DNA of 63,886 bases, filler included, from Octopus bimaculoides (lineage: Eukaryota), in assembly GCF_001194135.2 (NCBI RefSeq). It is 9 parts of 8 records of this genome, joined end to end, with 100 filler letters (N's around TTAATTAATTAA, not from the genome) between each part and the next. Parts side by side here need not be neighbours in the genome. Positions count along the whole stretch, not along the records: positions 1 to 17,390 come from NC_068997.1; positions 17,491 to 20,792 come from NC_068996.1; positions 20,893 to 31,457 come from NC_068985.1; 6 more parts are not named here. The stretch is one strand, 5' to 3'. Positions 13,130-25,080 of this stretch are shown piece after piece (position 1 is the stretch's first letter; each line of letters begins with the position of its first letter). A model generated the notes under the pieces. The model had not been told where the DNA came from. It ran no database searches and saw only the letters and a program-made list of their open reading frames with translations. The translations under genes were made by a program, and so were the position numbers.

Positions 13130-13490
13130 GGGTACTGCCTTGAAGGGTTTCAGTTCAACAAACTGACCCCAGTCGTACTCAATGTTTTCCTTTTTTTAAT
13201 CTGGTACTTAGTCTATAAGTCTCCTTTGATGAAATCACTAAGTTACAAGGATGTAAACAAACCTACACCAGTTATCAAGTGGTAAGGGAGTGGAGGACAC
13301 ACACACACACACACATATATATAATGGCCTTCCAAACAGTTTCCATCTGCCACATTCATCCACAAGGCATTGGCTGACCCAGGGCTATGGTAGAAGGCAC
13401 TTGCCTGTTGTGCCATGCAGTGGGACTGAACCTGAAACCAAGTTGAGGCAAAGTGGACTTCTTAACCACACAGCCATGCCAGTGCCTACA
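13130..13490 (-). mobile_element. SINE family A, diverged
   Basis: Reverse complement of the family A body and head. Confidence 0.8.
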
Positions 13491-14371
13491 GGGTAGTTAG
13501 AATAATTATTAAAACAATAAACAGAAACCTTAAGTATAGACAAAACAACATCAGAGTTTAAAAGTCCTTTCAACAAAAGGAACCTACATAAATTATAATT
13601 GGGAACAAAGAAAATATAACTAATTAACGAGGTTCTGAAAAAATTAGGGAGTTATATAATGTGTTGAAATTTAGGGACAAATGCCTTCTCCTGCTCTTAA
13701 ATTCTGTGTCCTTGGAATTAATAACAACCAGATTGGCTCCAAGTAAAGCCCCACAACTCTCTTTCTATTATCTCCCTTCCTGTGATGCCCTCCTCCCCTC
13801 TTTCAACTCAAGAGAATGTAAAATTCCATTATCTTCTGAATCTATTTTTAGAACACTTGTTTCTTCAAATTGGCAATTCCGTCAGCAAACTATAAATTCT
13901 GATAGCTGAACCAAACACTTCATTACTTTGGAAAGCTTTTTTGGGGGGCAAAACATATGGCCATCTGTAAGAAATTATTTTAATTTAACGTCATATATAA
14001 CTAAGCCATTTTATATAAATATATACATACATGTGTGTGTGTATATACATATACACATATATGTGTGTGTATTTATGTGTGTGTGCATGTATACACACAC
14101 ACAAACACACAGAGTTTGCTTTAAAAATCTATAGTGGTAACACCTTGCATAAAACTACATGGATATATGTATACCCTGGATGAACTTACAATGCAATTAA
14201 ACCAACAGGATGCAATGGAATATCACATCCTAGTATATTTATGCAGCAGAAACACATGTTAGACAGAGATTTAAAGTGAATCTATTGGACATAATACTGT
14301 AATAGACATGTTTTTCAGGATGTATAATTTCTTATCCTTTTTGATGTTTTATATATGTATCAGCCTCATCA

Positions 14372-14750
14372 TAGTTTTAACATCCACTTTTCCATGCTCA
14401 CATGGGTTGAATGGAATTTGTTGGGGTGGATTTTCTACAGCCTGCCCACAAATCCTCACTTGCTTACATGGAAGGTATGTTCCTCACATGACAAGACATG
14501 TTTTCATGGAATTAGGGAAAATGAAAGGACACAGCTTGCGTGACAGTGGTACTCTTTTACAACGAACAGACAAAGTCGAGGAGACAATAACACACAGACA
14601 CTCTCTCACGTGTGTGTATTGAAGGTTAGGTAATGATGCTACATCAGGCAATAGATGAAATATACACAGCAGATTTGGGAACCTTGTGTAGCTCTCTGGC
14701 TAGCCAGCCCCTGTCAAACTGTCCAACCCAAGCCAGCGTAGATAATTATG
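14372..14750. mobile_element. Decayed RTE-type LINE tail fragments (minus 14372-14610, plus 14620-14750)
   Basis: TTTAACATCCACTTTTCCATGC... and ...GTCAAACTGTCCAACCCAAGCCAGC resemble the tail at 4478-4665. Confidence 0.45.
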
Positions 14751-15213
14751 TGCGCATACACATTTTTTCCCTGGCCATCTTTTTATTTTTTTTCTGTTCT
14801 CACTCCATTTTTTTCCCCTCTCGGTCCTTTCTGGCAAAGAGCATACACTTGAAACATCAAAGACTTTTCCATTTTTCTCAAGCGTAAAACCAATACACCT
14901 GTTTGTTGTTCTTTCACATGTCTTCGTCTTTTGTTTCCTGTAAATTTGAACNNNNNNNNNNNNNNNNNNNNNNNNNNNNNNNNNNNNNNNNNNNNNNNNN
15001 NNNNNNNNNNNNNNNNNNNNNNNNNNNNNNNNNNNNNNNNNNNNNNNNNNNNNNNNNNNNNNNNNNNNNNNNNNNNNNNNNNNNNNNNNNNNNNNNNNNN
15101 NNNNNNNNNNNNNNNNNNNNNNNNNNNNNNNNNNNNNNNNNNNNNNNNNNNNNNNNNNNNNNNNNNNNNNNNNNNNNNNNNNNNNNNNNNNNNNNNNNNN
15201 NNNNNNNNNNNNN

Positions 15214-15244
<31 letters not shown>

Positions 15245-15246
<2 letters not shown>

Positions 15247-15430
15247 TTTTATTTGTTTCAGTCATTTGACTGCAGCCATGTTGGAGCACTGCCCTTAGAC
15301 GAACAAATCTACCTCGAGACCTATTCTTTTGGTCTCTTTTGCTGAACCGCTAAGTTACAGGGACGCAAACACACCAAGACCAGTCATGAAATAGTGGTGG
15401 GGAACAAGCACAGATACACAAACATATACA
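15245..15430 (-). mobile_element. SINE family A, 3' half
   Basis: TGTTTCAGTCATTTGACTGCAGCCATGTTGGAGCAC. Confidence 0.85.
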
Positions 15431-15673
15431 TATATGTATGTATGTATGTCTATATATGTATGTATATATATATATATACATATGTACACATATATATGTG
15501 TATATATATATACATACATGTATATATTTGTATGTATGTGTATACATATATATGTATATATATATGTGTATATATATATATACATATATGTGTATGTATG
15601 TGTATATATATGTGTATATTTGTATATATATATATATATATAAATGTGTGTGTGATTATATATATACACACAC

Positions 15674-15707
<34 letters not shown>

Positions 15708-15717
15708 NNNNNNNNNN

Positions 15718-15762
<45 letters not shown>

Positions 15763-16265
15763 AAGTGCTAACCTACCACTTGGGTTATCCCAGAAACGGC
15801 TGTAAGACTTTAAATTCACCTTACCCTAATTAGATTATTCTAAATGACTTAAGATACCCGTTCTGCCTTCGTTTTTTTATTTTTCCTCTAATATAATATA
15901 TATATATTTTTATATTTCAGGATAGTCATTATTTTTTTCTTTTCTCGCCAAATAAGCACATGCATTATATATTCATTTTACACTCTTATTTTAACTCATG
16001 TCCCATTGTCTGGAAATCTTTCATCACACATCTGTGACCTCTTGAGTGACACATTCCATCCTCTTGTGTGCTCCTGCTCCACTTAGTCCAATGGATTAAG
16101 CAGAGCAGAAGCGTACACAAGGATGGAAGAACAATAACAAATGAATGAAGAATGATTATATAGTGCAAGTGTTTATTTGGTGGGGGGGGAAATGACCATC
16201 CCGAAACAACATCTGTTTCAACAAAAGGTTTCACATCAGGAATCTTACAACACAAATTCATAACC

Positions 16266-16408
<143 letters not shown>

Positions 16409-16429
16409 AAGAGAGAGAGAGAGATTTAT

Positions 16430-16595
16430 ATTCATACAAGCTTTTTTTCAGTTTCCATCTAGCAAATCCCCTTATAAGGCTTTGTCAGCACAAGGCTATA
16501 GTAGAAGACACTCGCCCAAGGTGCCACGCAGTGGGATTGAACTTGGAATCATGTGGTTGGGAAGCAAGGTTCTTACCATGTATGCCATATTTACT
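16430..16595 (-). mobile_element. SINE family A, 5' half
   Basis: CAGTTTCCATCT...CCCAAGGTGCCACGCAGTGGGATTGAAC. Confidence 0.85.
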
Positions 16596-17390
16596 TATAT
16601 ATACATCACATCACAGATTTTCATTTAAAATCAAGTACAAAACAACAACAATTATACACAAGTAAAACAGTACATAACAGCAAAAGGACTAAAACATATA
16701 GGTTTTAAATGTGTGGCAAGTATAAAACCATGCTCAGCACACTGTTTATGATTAAGACGTTCTGCTCTTAACATTATGTGAAAGAGTGTTTATATGAGGG
16801 GTTTATACAGGAAGTAGACTGACAGGAGATTCTAGACAGATCTAAGCATTTCTAGTAATGCCATAAGCAACTTAGGTCCTTTTATGACTTCTTCTGTGGA
16901 CCACATCATGTCCTGATTAAATTTCTCTTTATTGATAATTTTGTAACCTAATCTTGAAGTGTGATTTAGTTCAGCAATTCTCTTTCACTCTCTCATTTAC
17001 TCCAGATTTCTTTCAATCAGATTTTTAGTCTGATATATTATGGATGTTTTCTCAACTAGCCTTTCACTGGTCTGGTCCCAATTTCTGATGAACAATACTT
17101 CAAAAGAAGCAGGGCGAGATAAAAAAATAAAAATCCAATTATCCAAATCTATTATCATCAGGTCATACAACTTAATAACATTCTCTGTTGGTTGTTCCTT
17201 TCACATTTGTTCCATTTTTCAATTTCTGTTGCAAACTTTCACTAAATTCATGAGTACCTCCACACTACCACACAAGATATTTCATTTGTTGTTTAGTCAT
17301 TATGGCTGGAGTAATCATGACATGGAAAAATTTTCAGTGGTATTAAACCAGTTCACTTTTGATTTGTGGTAACATTATATATATATATAT

Positions 17391-17490
17391 NNNNNNNNNN
17401 NNNNNNNNNNNNNNNNNNNNNNNNNNNNNNNNNNTTAATTAATTAANNNNNNNNNNNNNNNNNNNNNNNNNNNNNNNNNNNNNNNNNNNN
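17391..17490. other. Artificial 100-nt scaffold spacer, N44-TTAATTAATTAA-N44
   Basis: The same 12-mer, with stops in all six frames, lies within N runs also at ~20838, 31502, 33721, 39591, 47600, 60124 and 62433. Confidence 0.9.
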
Positions 17491-17514
17491 TATATATGTA
17501 TATATACATATATA

Positions 17515-17740
17515 TGTGTGTGTGTGTGTATGTTTGTGTGTCTGTGTTTGTCCCCCCAACATCGCTTGACAACCGATGCTGGTGTGTTTAGGTCCCTGTA
17601 ACTTAACAGTCCGGCAAAAGAGACTGATAGAATAAGTACTAGGCTTACAAAGAATAAGCCCTGGGGTCGATATGCTCGACTAAAAGGCGGTGCTCCAGCA
17701 TGGCCACAGTCAAATGACTGAAACAAGTAAAAGAGTAAAA

Positions 17741-17745
<5 letters not shown>
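17515..17745 (+). mobile_element. SINE family A, 3' half, young
   Basis: Near-identical to 3140-3350. Confidence 0.9.
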
Positions 17746-17777
<32 letters not shown>

Positions 17778-17894
17778 TAGATAGATAGATATAGATACAG
17801 ATATATGTATCTATATATGTGTATATGAGTATATGTATGTGTGTATATATATATGTGTGTGTATGTATGTATATGGGTCTACACACGTATCTAC

Positions 17895-18111
17895 ACATGT
17901 AACAGTAAGCCAATGAAGTTGATTATATATTTTCTGTTCCCTGTCATTTATTTAATTAAGATTTCATTTTGACATAATACTTAGTTTTAAAGCTCAATAT
18001 AGATATACTTAAAAATAAAGGGTTCTTTTAATACCGAGCATAATATGAAATTAAATAAATAACAGGGAACAGAAAATATATAATCAACTTCATTGGCTTA
18101 GTGTTACATGT
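17895..18111. mobile_element. MITE with ~63-bp terminal inverted repeats, superfamily unassigned
   Basis: ACATGTAACAGTAAGCCAATGAAGTTGATTATATATTTTCTGTTCCCTGTCATTTATTTAATT versus the reverse complement of the right end shows 2 mismatches. Confidence 0.85.
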
Positions 18112-20560
18112 CTCTTTTGCCGAACAGTCTCTTTTACTGTAACATGACCATACCTGTGCAGTCGTCTCTCTTGTGCACCACATCTGATGCTTCTTATGCC
18201 CAACCTTTCACTCAAGATACTTACACTCTGTTGCACATGCACACTGACATTTCATATCCTGCAAAGCATACTGGCTTCATTTCTTTCAAGCCTACGTATG
18301 TCCTTGACTGTCACAGCCATGTTTCAATGCCATGTAGAATAGCTGTTCACACAGGCATCATACAATCTGCCTTTCACGCAGAGGGAGAGGCCCTTTGTTG
18401 TCAGCAAAGGTAGGAGTTCTTTGTACTTTGCCTAGCCTATTCTTATTCTCACAGCTACACTCTTGGAGCATCCACCTCTGCTACTAACTTGGTCACCTAG
18501 ATAACGGAAGCTATCTACTATCTCTAGCTTACCCCCCCCCCCCCAGGTAGTTGATAGAGTCTATTTTCTGTTAATCTTCAGTGTTTATTCGGTGCATCTT
18601 CCACACACAAAAGCTATTTTTCCCTGTTAACCTCCCCCTAATATTGCTGCACCTTTTATGTATCCATAGCTAACACTAGGAGCATCTTATAGATGCCTTT
18701 TCTACAGATCAAGCAGAGCTATCTACCTGAAGGGATTTATGATTTGTCTGCTTTCCTACTTACAAAGACTTTGGTTTTTACTAGGTTAACTCTAAGGCCC
18801 TTCAATTCTAGACCTTGCTTCCATATCTGAAATTTCTCCTCTAGTTCTGGTAGTAATACAGCTATAAGAGCAAGGTCATCAGCATAAAGGCACTCCCAGG
18901 GCAGCCTGTCTTAAATTCCTCTGTTATTGCCTGGAGGACTATGATGAAAAAGAGGAGGCTGAGGACTGATCCTTGTACCTTCGCTGTATTCATTGCCAAC
19001 CCTCTCCTTACTGGTAACATCCCTGTACATAGCTTGTACAGCTCTCACCAACCACTTGTCTATCCCTAGTTTCCGCATTTTCTACCAGATAAGGGATCAG
19101 GGGACCCTGTCAAAGGCTTTCTCCAAGTCAACAAAAGCCAAGTACAGAGGTTTATATTTGGCTATGTATTTCTCCTGCAGCTGCCTTACCAGAAATGGCA
19201 CAAAACCAATCTGCATCTCATCTAGACTAACACTCTCCATAATTAGCTGGGCGTTGACCTTCTCCCTAACTGGCATCACCTGATCTGACAATTTGATACC
19301 TCTGAAGTGGTTTCTATCTTAGGCATCATCTTTATCTTTGTAACAGTTGACTATGGTGCTGCTACACCAGTCATTGGGTATGACTCCTTCGAGAACCATC
19401 TGGTTTATAGTACAGGTGACCATAACCTACACCACCAGATATTTTAAGCGTCTCTGTGGTGACTCCTGATGGATCTGGGGCATTTCTGGTCTTCATACCC
19501 TTAATTGTTTTAACTATCAAGGTACTGTCAATTCAGATAGCTGGTCCTTCAACTTGGTCCATATTTGGCAGACTCTCTGCCTCCCAGTCATTCTTCACAT
19601 TCAGCAGTCTTTTATAATGGTATCTCCAAGCCTCTTTCTTTGCAAAATCATTAAATGCAAGTGCACCCTCATCCATGCAGATACATTTCTCTCCTATGAT
19701 ATCACAATTTTCTCTCACACACTGTCTTGCAATCCGAAACATTTCAAGTCTTTGGTCTTCACGTTGCTGAACATAAGCAAACTTTTTTTCTGCTTCTCCT
19801 CTGGCTAGACATGCCTGTCTCTTAGCTTCCCTTCTTGCTATCTGATACAGTTCCCTGCCACCCAGTCTTCAAGGCCTTCCAGGCCTGTTTCTTTGCTCTA
19901 ATGGACCACATCATTCCACCACCACGTCACCCTAGGTCTGGATGGGACTTTGTATCAGCTGCAGATATGGTCTATAACTCTCGGCAAGCTTTCCCTCAAG
20001 AATTCCCAGTTGCCCTCTATGTCACAAGTCTGTAGCTCCTACCTCTCATTAAATTTCTTGATTAGGATGTCCCTAAATCTCTGACCATATGGAAGGTCCT
20101 TAAGCTTCTAAATCTTTTTTTCCAGATTGGTCTACTTCTTGGCATCCTTCTGGCTTGAAGTCTAAAGTCACTAGTGACTAGTCTATGCTGGGCGGGGTAC
20201 ATTCTCCACCAGGAAGGGTCTTTGTATTTAGGAGAGACCATGTATCTTGCTGTCTGGTGAGAATGTAATCAATCTAGCTAGCAGAGTCACCTGATAGGTA
20301 GGTTATCAGGTGGCTGGCCAGCTTCCTGAAGTTGGTGTTGTAGATCATTAAGTTATTTGCATCACAGAGCTCCAGTAGCCTTGTTCCCTCTTCCTTTTGG
20401 GAACTAATTCCATGGCCCCCATGTACACCGTGGTAGACGCCAGGCTGCTGTCTGACATGCCCATTGAAATCACCAGTCACGAAGATGAGATCATTGTCAC
20501 TCGTCTTTGAGGTAGCCTGCAGAAGAATATCAGAAAAGTGGTTGGTCTTTTTGTTCATTT
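18112..20560 (-). mobile_element. RTE-clade LINE, 5' truncated, decayed (APE plus RT)
   Basis: APE motif DLIFVTGDFNGHV..EEGTRLLE..NTNFRK (20274-20558). RT motifs QIGFVP..LYLAFVDLEKAFDRVP (19097-19291) and LYADDLALIA (~18870), then DSFRYLGD and RLH-YGHV. Multiple stops and frameshifts. Confidence 0.95.
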
Positions 20561-20719
20561 ATTAGGTTCACAAGTGGGGCACCATTATATATATATATAT
20601 ATATATATATACAATTGCAGCGTGAACAGGTCGCGGTCTCAAAGCGACGAAAATATTTTGACAAATTAAATTTAAATGTCGAAGTGAATCTGATGGCTTG
20701 CTATGGCAAGTACATTTTC

Positions 20720-20753
<34 letters not shown>

Positions 20754-20892
20754 CTTTATTTAAAAGCAGCGCTGCTTTTAAATAAAGCATTTNNNNNNNN
20801 NNNNNNNNNNNNNNNNNNNNNNNNNNNNNNNNNNNNTTAATTAATTAANNNNNNNNNNNNNNNNNNNNNNNNNNNNNNNNNNNNNNNNNNNN

Positions 20893-21204
20893 TGGAAATA
20901 GAGATAACTCGAATGTGGAATCTAAAAACAGAAACAATTCCTATCATAGTAGGTGCCTTAGGTATAATAAAAGAATATTCTGACAAATACATAACAAAAA
21001 CACCAGGACTTACAAATATATATAACATACAGAAAATTGCACTACTGGGTACTGCACACATTCTACGCAAAACACTTTCAATACAGTAAACATAAGAGCA
21101 CCACAGCAAACCACAGCACATACCCAAGGCGCACAGAGCTGCGCTCGGTAGTGAAGTGAAAGCACGTTATAAAAATAAAACTACTGAATAATAATAATAA
21201 TAAT
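20893..21204 (+). mobile_element. Dong/R4-clade element 3' end with (TAA)n tail
   Basis: EIEITRMWNLKTETIPIIVGALG..IQKIALLGTAHILRKTL*, then a short UTR and AATAATAATAAT. Confidence 0.85.
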
Positions 21205-22294
21205 GATTATTCACAGAGGTCTTCAAACATGATCAATAAATAAGGTTCAACTTACTCTACTGACTGAGTACAGCCGAGCCTTTCCATTATAACCGGGGAA
21301 AAGAAAGCTGAGAGTTTTCATGATTTCGTATGTATATAGGCATATTTGTCTGGCCATCTCTATGTTTCCGTATATGTGTGTATGTGCGAAATGACAATGC
21401 TTTCGTTTGGGTATGTTCGTATGAGCTTATGGATATTTTTAGATATGTGTGTTTGTACGTGTGTGTGTATAAGTTTGTGTAGAAATTTTCTTGGATTACA
21501 TTACTACAATATTAAATGTTAATGTATGTAAATGTACGCCGTAGACACAATAAAATGGCAAATTTATCTTTTCCTCTGTAAATTGAAAAAATGATTTGCA
21601 GCCTTAATTTATTGTCGACCATTAATGGAGTCTCAACTGAGTTGTCTCTATAATTTGAGCAATCTCAGAGAAACAAGTATACAATCCGTATACATGCATA
21701 TCAAATGAAATTGCTGCAGAGAGCTGGAGCCACCAATTTGCATGCTATAAGTATTCAATACTCTATTTTACTTTATGTATTATCAGAGGCCTGTCAACGG
21801 GGATTCTGTCCACACGGTATTAAGCTATGATATATAATGTAAGGAAGCTTACAAACGTTTATGTTTTATGTAAGTATATGTGCAACAGTAAGAGGAACAA
21901 ACAGCAGCTTCCAAAGCAGCATCAGATAAAATAGCTCGAATAGCTAGTGAAGCTTTGCTGTAGACAATTTTAGAAACAACCAAGCAATCTTTTAACAGTA
22001 GCAACTCCTCATCACATATGAGGTGTGTACGACATTTTAAACATGGCAGAGACCAGTCCTCACCAGATAGCAATAGAGACGGTTTCTCGTAGTTGAAAAA
22101 TACTTTTGATCCCCGAGAGGATGAAATAGTTGATGTCGGGCGGTTTTGAACGCAAGGCACATAACGATAGAAACAAGAAGAAAATGAACTGAATCTAATA
22201 AGTTGAATCATATCTCTGATCGTGTGTTTGTGTATACGGGTGTATATTTAATAGATAATTTCGTTGTGTGGCTATTCAATATTTTTATAATTTA

Positions 22295-23170
22295 AAGGCG
22301 GTGAGCTGGCAGAAATGTTAGCACGCTGTGTTTACGTTCTGAGTTCAAATTCCGCCGAGGTCGACGTTGCATTTTTTCTTCCGGGGTCGATAAATTAGGT
22401 ACCATTTGCGGAATGGGGATAATCTAATCGACGGCACGGATCTAGTTCAAAACGGGGGCACCAGTATTTTCTTAACGAAACACTTTGAAACTTGGGACAC
22501 TGGTAGAATGTGTCATGTAAAACATCTTTTTCTCTTAGTCTTCTTAAGAAAAATTATTATATTGCAATTTATTTCATGTTAAAGTTGTCGTATTTCTGTA
22601 ATTTCAACCAATGACTGACGTCCATTCAGCCGAATACATTAGGTGCTGACTACGTAAACAAACGATTCTCAAACGATTCTGGCGGTGATAAAATTATTAT
22701 TTCCTTGTCAAAAAATGGCTGAAGCATATTGGCAGTAGCTAATAAACCTTTCTATTATAGGCACAAGGCCTGGTTTTTGAGGGAAGGAGCAAGTCAATTA
22801 GGGTTAGGGTTAGGATTAGGGAAAACGAACACACGTGTGTTGCCTCTCTGCAAAATGTCAGAAGTAATGGAGATTAAATACGCTTTACACCGCTTAAACT
22901 GCCAAAGGAGTAACTTTAACAGCTGAATACTTGTCAGTGATTGGTTGAAATTATCAAAGTAAGACAATTTTTTACATGAAATTAATTCGAATACACAAAT
23001 TGTTTTCTGTTCTATAACACAAAATAGATAAGTATACGAAGTTTGAAAGTCTTTCGGTACCAAAAACACTACATAAAACATGAATGAAAAAATGGTGCCC
23101 CCGTTTTGAACTAGATCCGACGGCACCCTTGCTCCAAAATTTCAGGCCTTGTGCCAGAGTAGAAAAGAAA
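22295..23170 (+). mobile_element. tRNA-derived SINE family B, split by a MITE (22295-22437 plus 23119-23170)
   Basis: Head AAGGCGGTGAGCTGGCAGAAATGTTAGCACG, B box GAGTTCAAATTCC, central CCGGGGTCGATAAATTAGGTACC. Tail CCAAAATTTCAGGCCTTGTGCC resumes after the insert. Confidence 0.85.
22438..23118. mobile_element. Merlin-like MITE copy 1 (681 bp)
   Basis: Perfect 26-bp TIR GGATCTAGTTCAAAACGGGGGCACCA and perfect 8-bp TSD GACGGCAC (22430-22437 and 23119-23126). GG termini with an 8-bp TSD are typical of Merlin. Confidence 0.85.
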
Positions 23171-23183
23171 CCGGTTATATTTT

Positions 23184-23620
23184 AAGGCGGCAAGCTGGCA
23201 AAAAAGTTAGCACGCCGGGCGAAATGCTTAGCGGAATTTCCTCTGTCTTTAAGTACTGAGTTCAAATTCTACCGAGGTCGACTTTGCCGTTCATCCTTTA
23301 GGGGTCGATAAATTACGTACCAGTTACGCACTGGAGTCGATGTAATCGACTTAATCCCTTTGTCTGTCCTTGTTTGTCCCTTCTATATTTAGCCCCTTGT
23401 CGACAATAAAGAAATAAGAAACATTAGCATTCCGGGTGTAATGCTTAGCGGTATTTTATCTGTCTGTATGCTCTGAGTTCAAATTCCACCGATTCCGACT
23501 TTGCCGTTCATCCTTTCGGGGTTGATAAATTAAGAACCATTTGCGTACTGGGGTCGATGTAATTGACTCGTCTCCGTCCCCCAAAATTTCAAGCCTTGTC
23601 CCTTGAGTAGAAAAGAATAT
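23184..23620 (+). mobile_element. Two tandem SINE family B copies (23184-23419 young; ~23420-23620 older)
   Basis: First copy is near-identical to 63177-63410; second carries the alternative CCAAAATTTCAAGCCTTG tail. Confidence 0.85.
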
Positions 23621-23765
23621 TTTATAATTGAGTTTTTAAGAACGAAAACACCCGTTGCACTTGACAAAAACCTCAAATGTTAATGTTTAATTTTGCAGAG
23701 ACTGTGAGAACTTCAATACTACTTTCAAGCAAGTTACTTACATAATTTAAGTAGCTGTAAAACAC

Positions 23766-23967
23766 ATAGTTGTTTTGAATGTTTAAATGTGACAGGTTTC
23801 TCATAAAGAAACTTGTAAACTTATGGGCTCAAGTGTTATAGTCGCATCGTCAGATATGAATGTAACTTACATTCATATCTGAAGATACGACTATAAAACT
23901 TTCAGCTCATAAGTTTACAAGTTTCTTTATGAGAAACCTGTCACATTTAAACATTCAAAACAACTAT
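23766..23967. repeat. Near-perfect ~200-bp palindrome or fold-back element
   Basis: Centre GTAA-C-TTAC at 23866; the outer ~59 bp pair perfectly. Confidence 0.95.
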
Positions 23968-24649
23968 AATGAGCATATCTCTCTCACGAATTATGATAGT
24001 TACTTTAGTATTTCTTCGCAATTTATATCTGGTTTATGCATTTCCATATTTATTACATTCATATTGCCTCTTGTTTGAATCACATATCATATCAGCCCAA
24101 TTCTCAAATCACAAATGTCCAGCATCTTCACTTTAATGCTATATGGTATCCATTTACACATATATCTGTTTTATGATTCCAATAGTGTATCAATATCTAT
24201 GTATATGAGACAGACTGACGTTAGAAATATAATAATTAATAACTATGTGTCAACGATACAGAATTTATGTGTATGCTCTACGTATCAATTCAAAACAATG
24301 CAATACAGTTGGAAATCTAATATATTTTATTAAAACCAATTAAATCAATAAGATAGTTTAACAATTCTAGAGAGAAGGAGCGGACGGTCCGTATATATGC
24401 ACCTGCACTCTATCAGAAGAAACAGGAGCTACAAATGTATTGAACAATAAGAGTTACAAGATGTGAACTACAGGAAATGAATTATAAATTACAGAGACAG
24501 CTAGGAAATTGTAAATGTTCCTCTCAGTGTACGGTCAACGCAGTTCACATAATAAAAATGTACATTATTATATGTGATTAGTATTTCTTTACGTATCGTG
24601 GGATAAAAAATTTAAAGAACTCGGATATTTAAAAGCCGTTCATATGATA

Positions 24650-24768
24650 AAGGCTAAATCGACCTCGGTGGATTTTCAACTCAGAACGTAGCAACGTGCG
24701 AAATACTGCTCCGCATTTTGTCCAGCGTGCTAATGCTCGTGCCAGCTCACCGCCTTTATAGATCGAGC
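24650..24768 (-). mobile_element. SINE family B, 5' part
   Basis: TCGACCTCGGTGGATTTTCAACTCAGAACG...GCCAGCTCACCGCCTT. Confidence 0.8.
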
Positions 24769-24899
24769 TATATAATCAGAAACGAATACATATATGCGTG
24801 CGTATACATTTTGTACCTGTTTATACATGCGAGGCTTATGAAAATAACGACCGTGTTATAATTGCTTATTTTACCTATTATTTGTTCCATCCATAAGAC

Positions 24900-25080
24900 A
24901 GCTGCCATGCTGGACAGTGTAGTCCAGCAGACTGATACTTATCGTTGACTCTGGTACTTACTGCAACGGTTCTTGTGACGAGACGCTAAGTTATAGGGAC
25001 GTAAACAAACCAGCAACATTTGTCATGCGGTACCGTGAGACAAACACAAAAATAAATGTAGACACAAACTTACATACACT
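24900..25080 (-). mobile_element. Old SINE family A fragment
   Basis: CGCTAAGTTATAGGGACGTAAACAAACC matches the family A body. Confidence 0.6.

Noticed and set aside
17435-17446. Recurrent TTAATTAATTAA as a biological motif
   Set aside because: It is always embedded in N runs, and where counted it is centred in a fixed 100-nt spacer. It has stops in all six frames, so it is a scaffolding linker. Contiguity across these points is unverified.
22798-22821. True telomere or chromosome fusion site
   Set aside because: Only 3-4 units, located inside a TIR element with TSDs.
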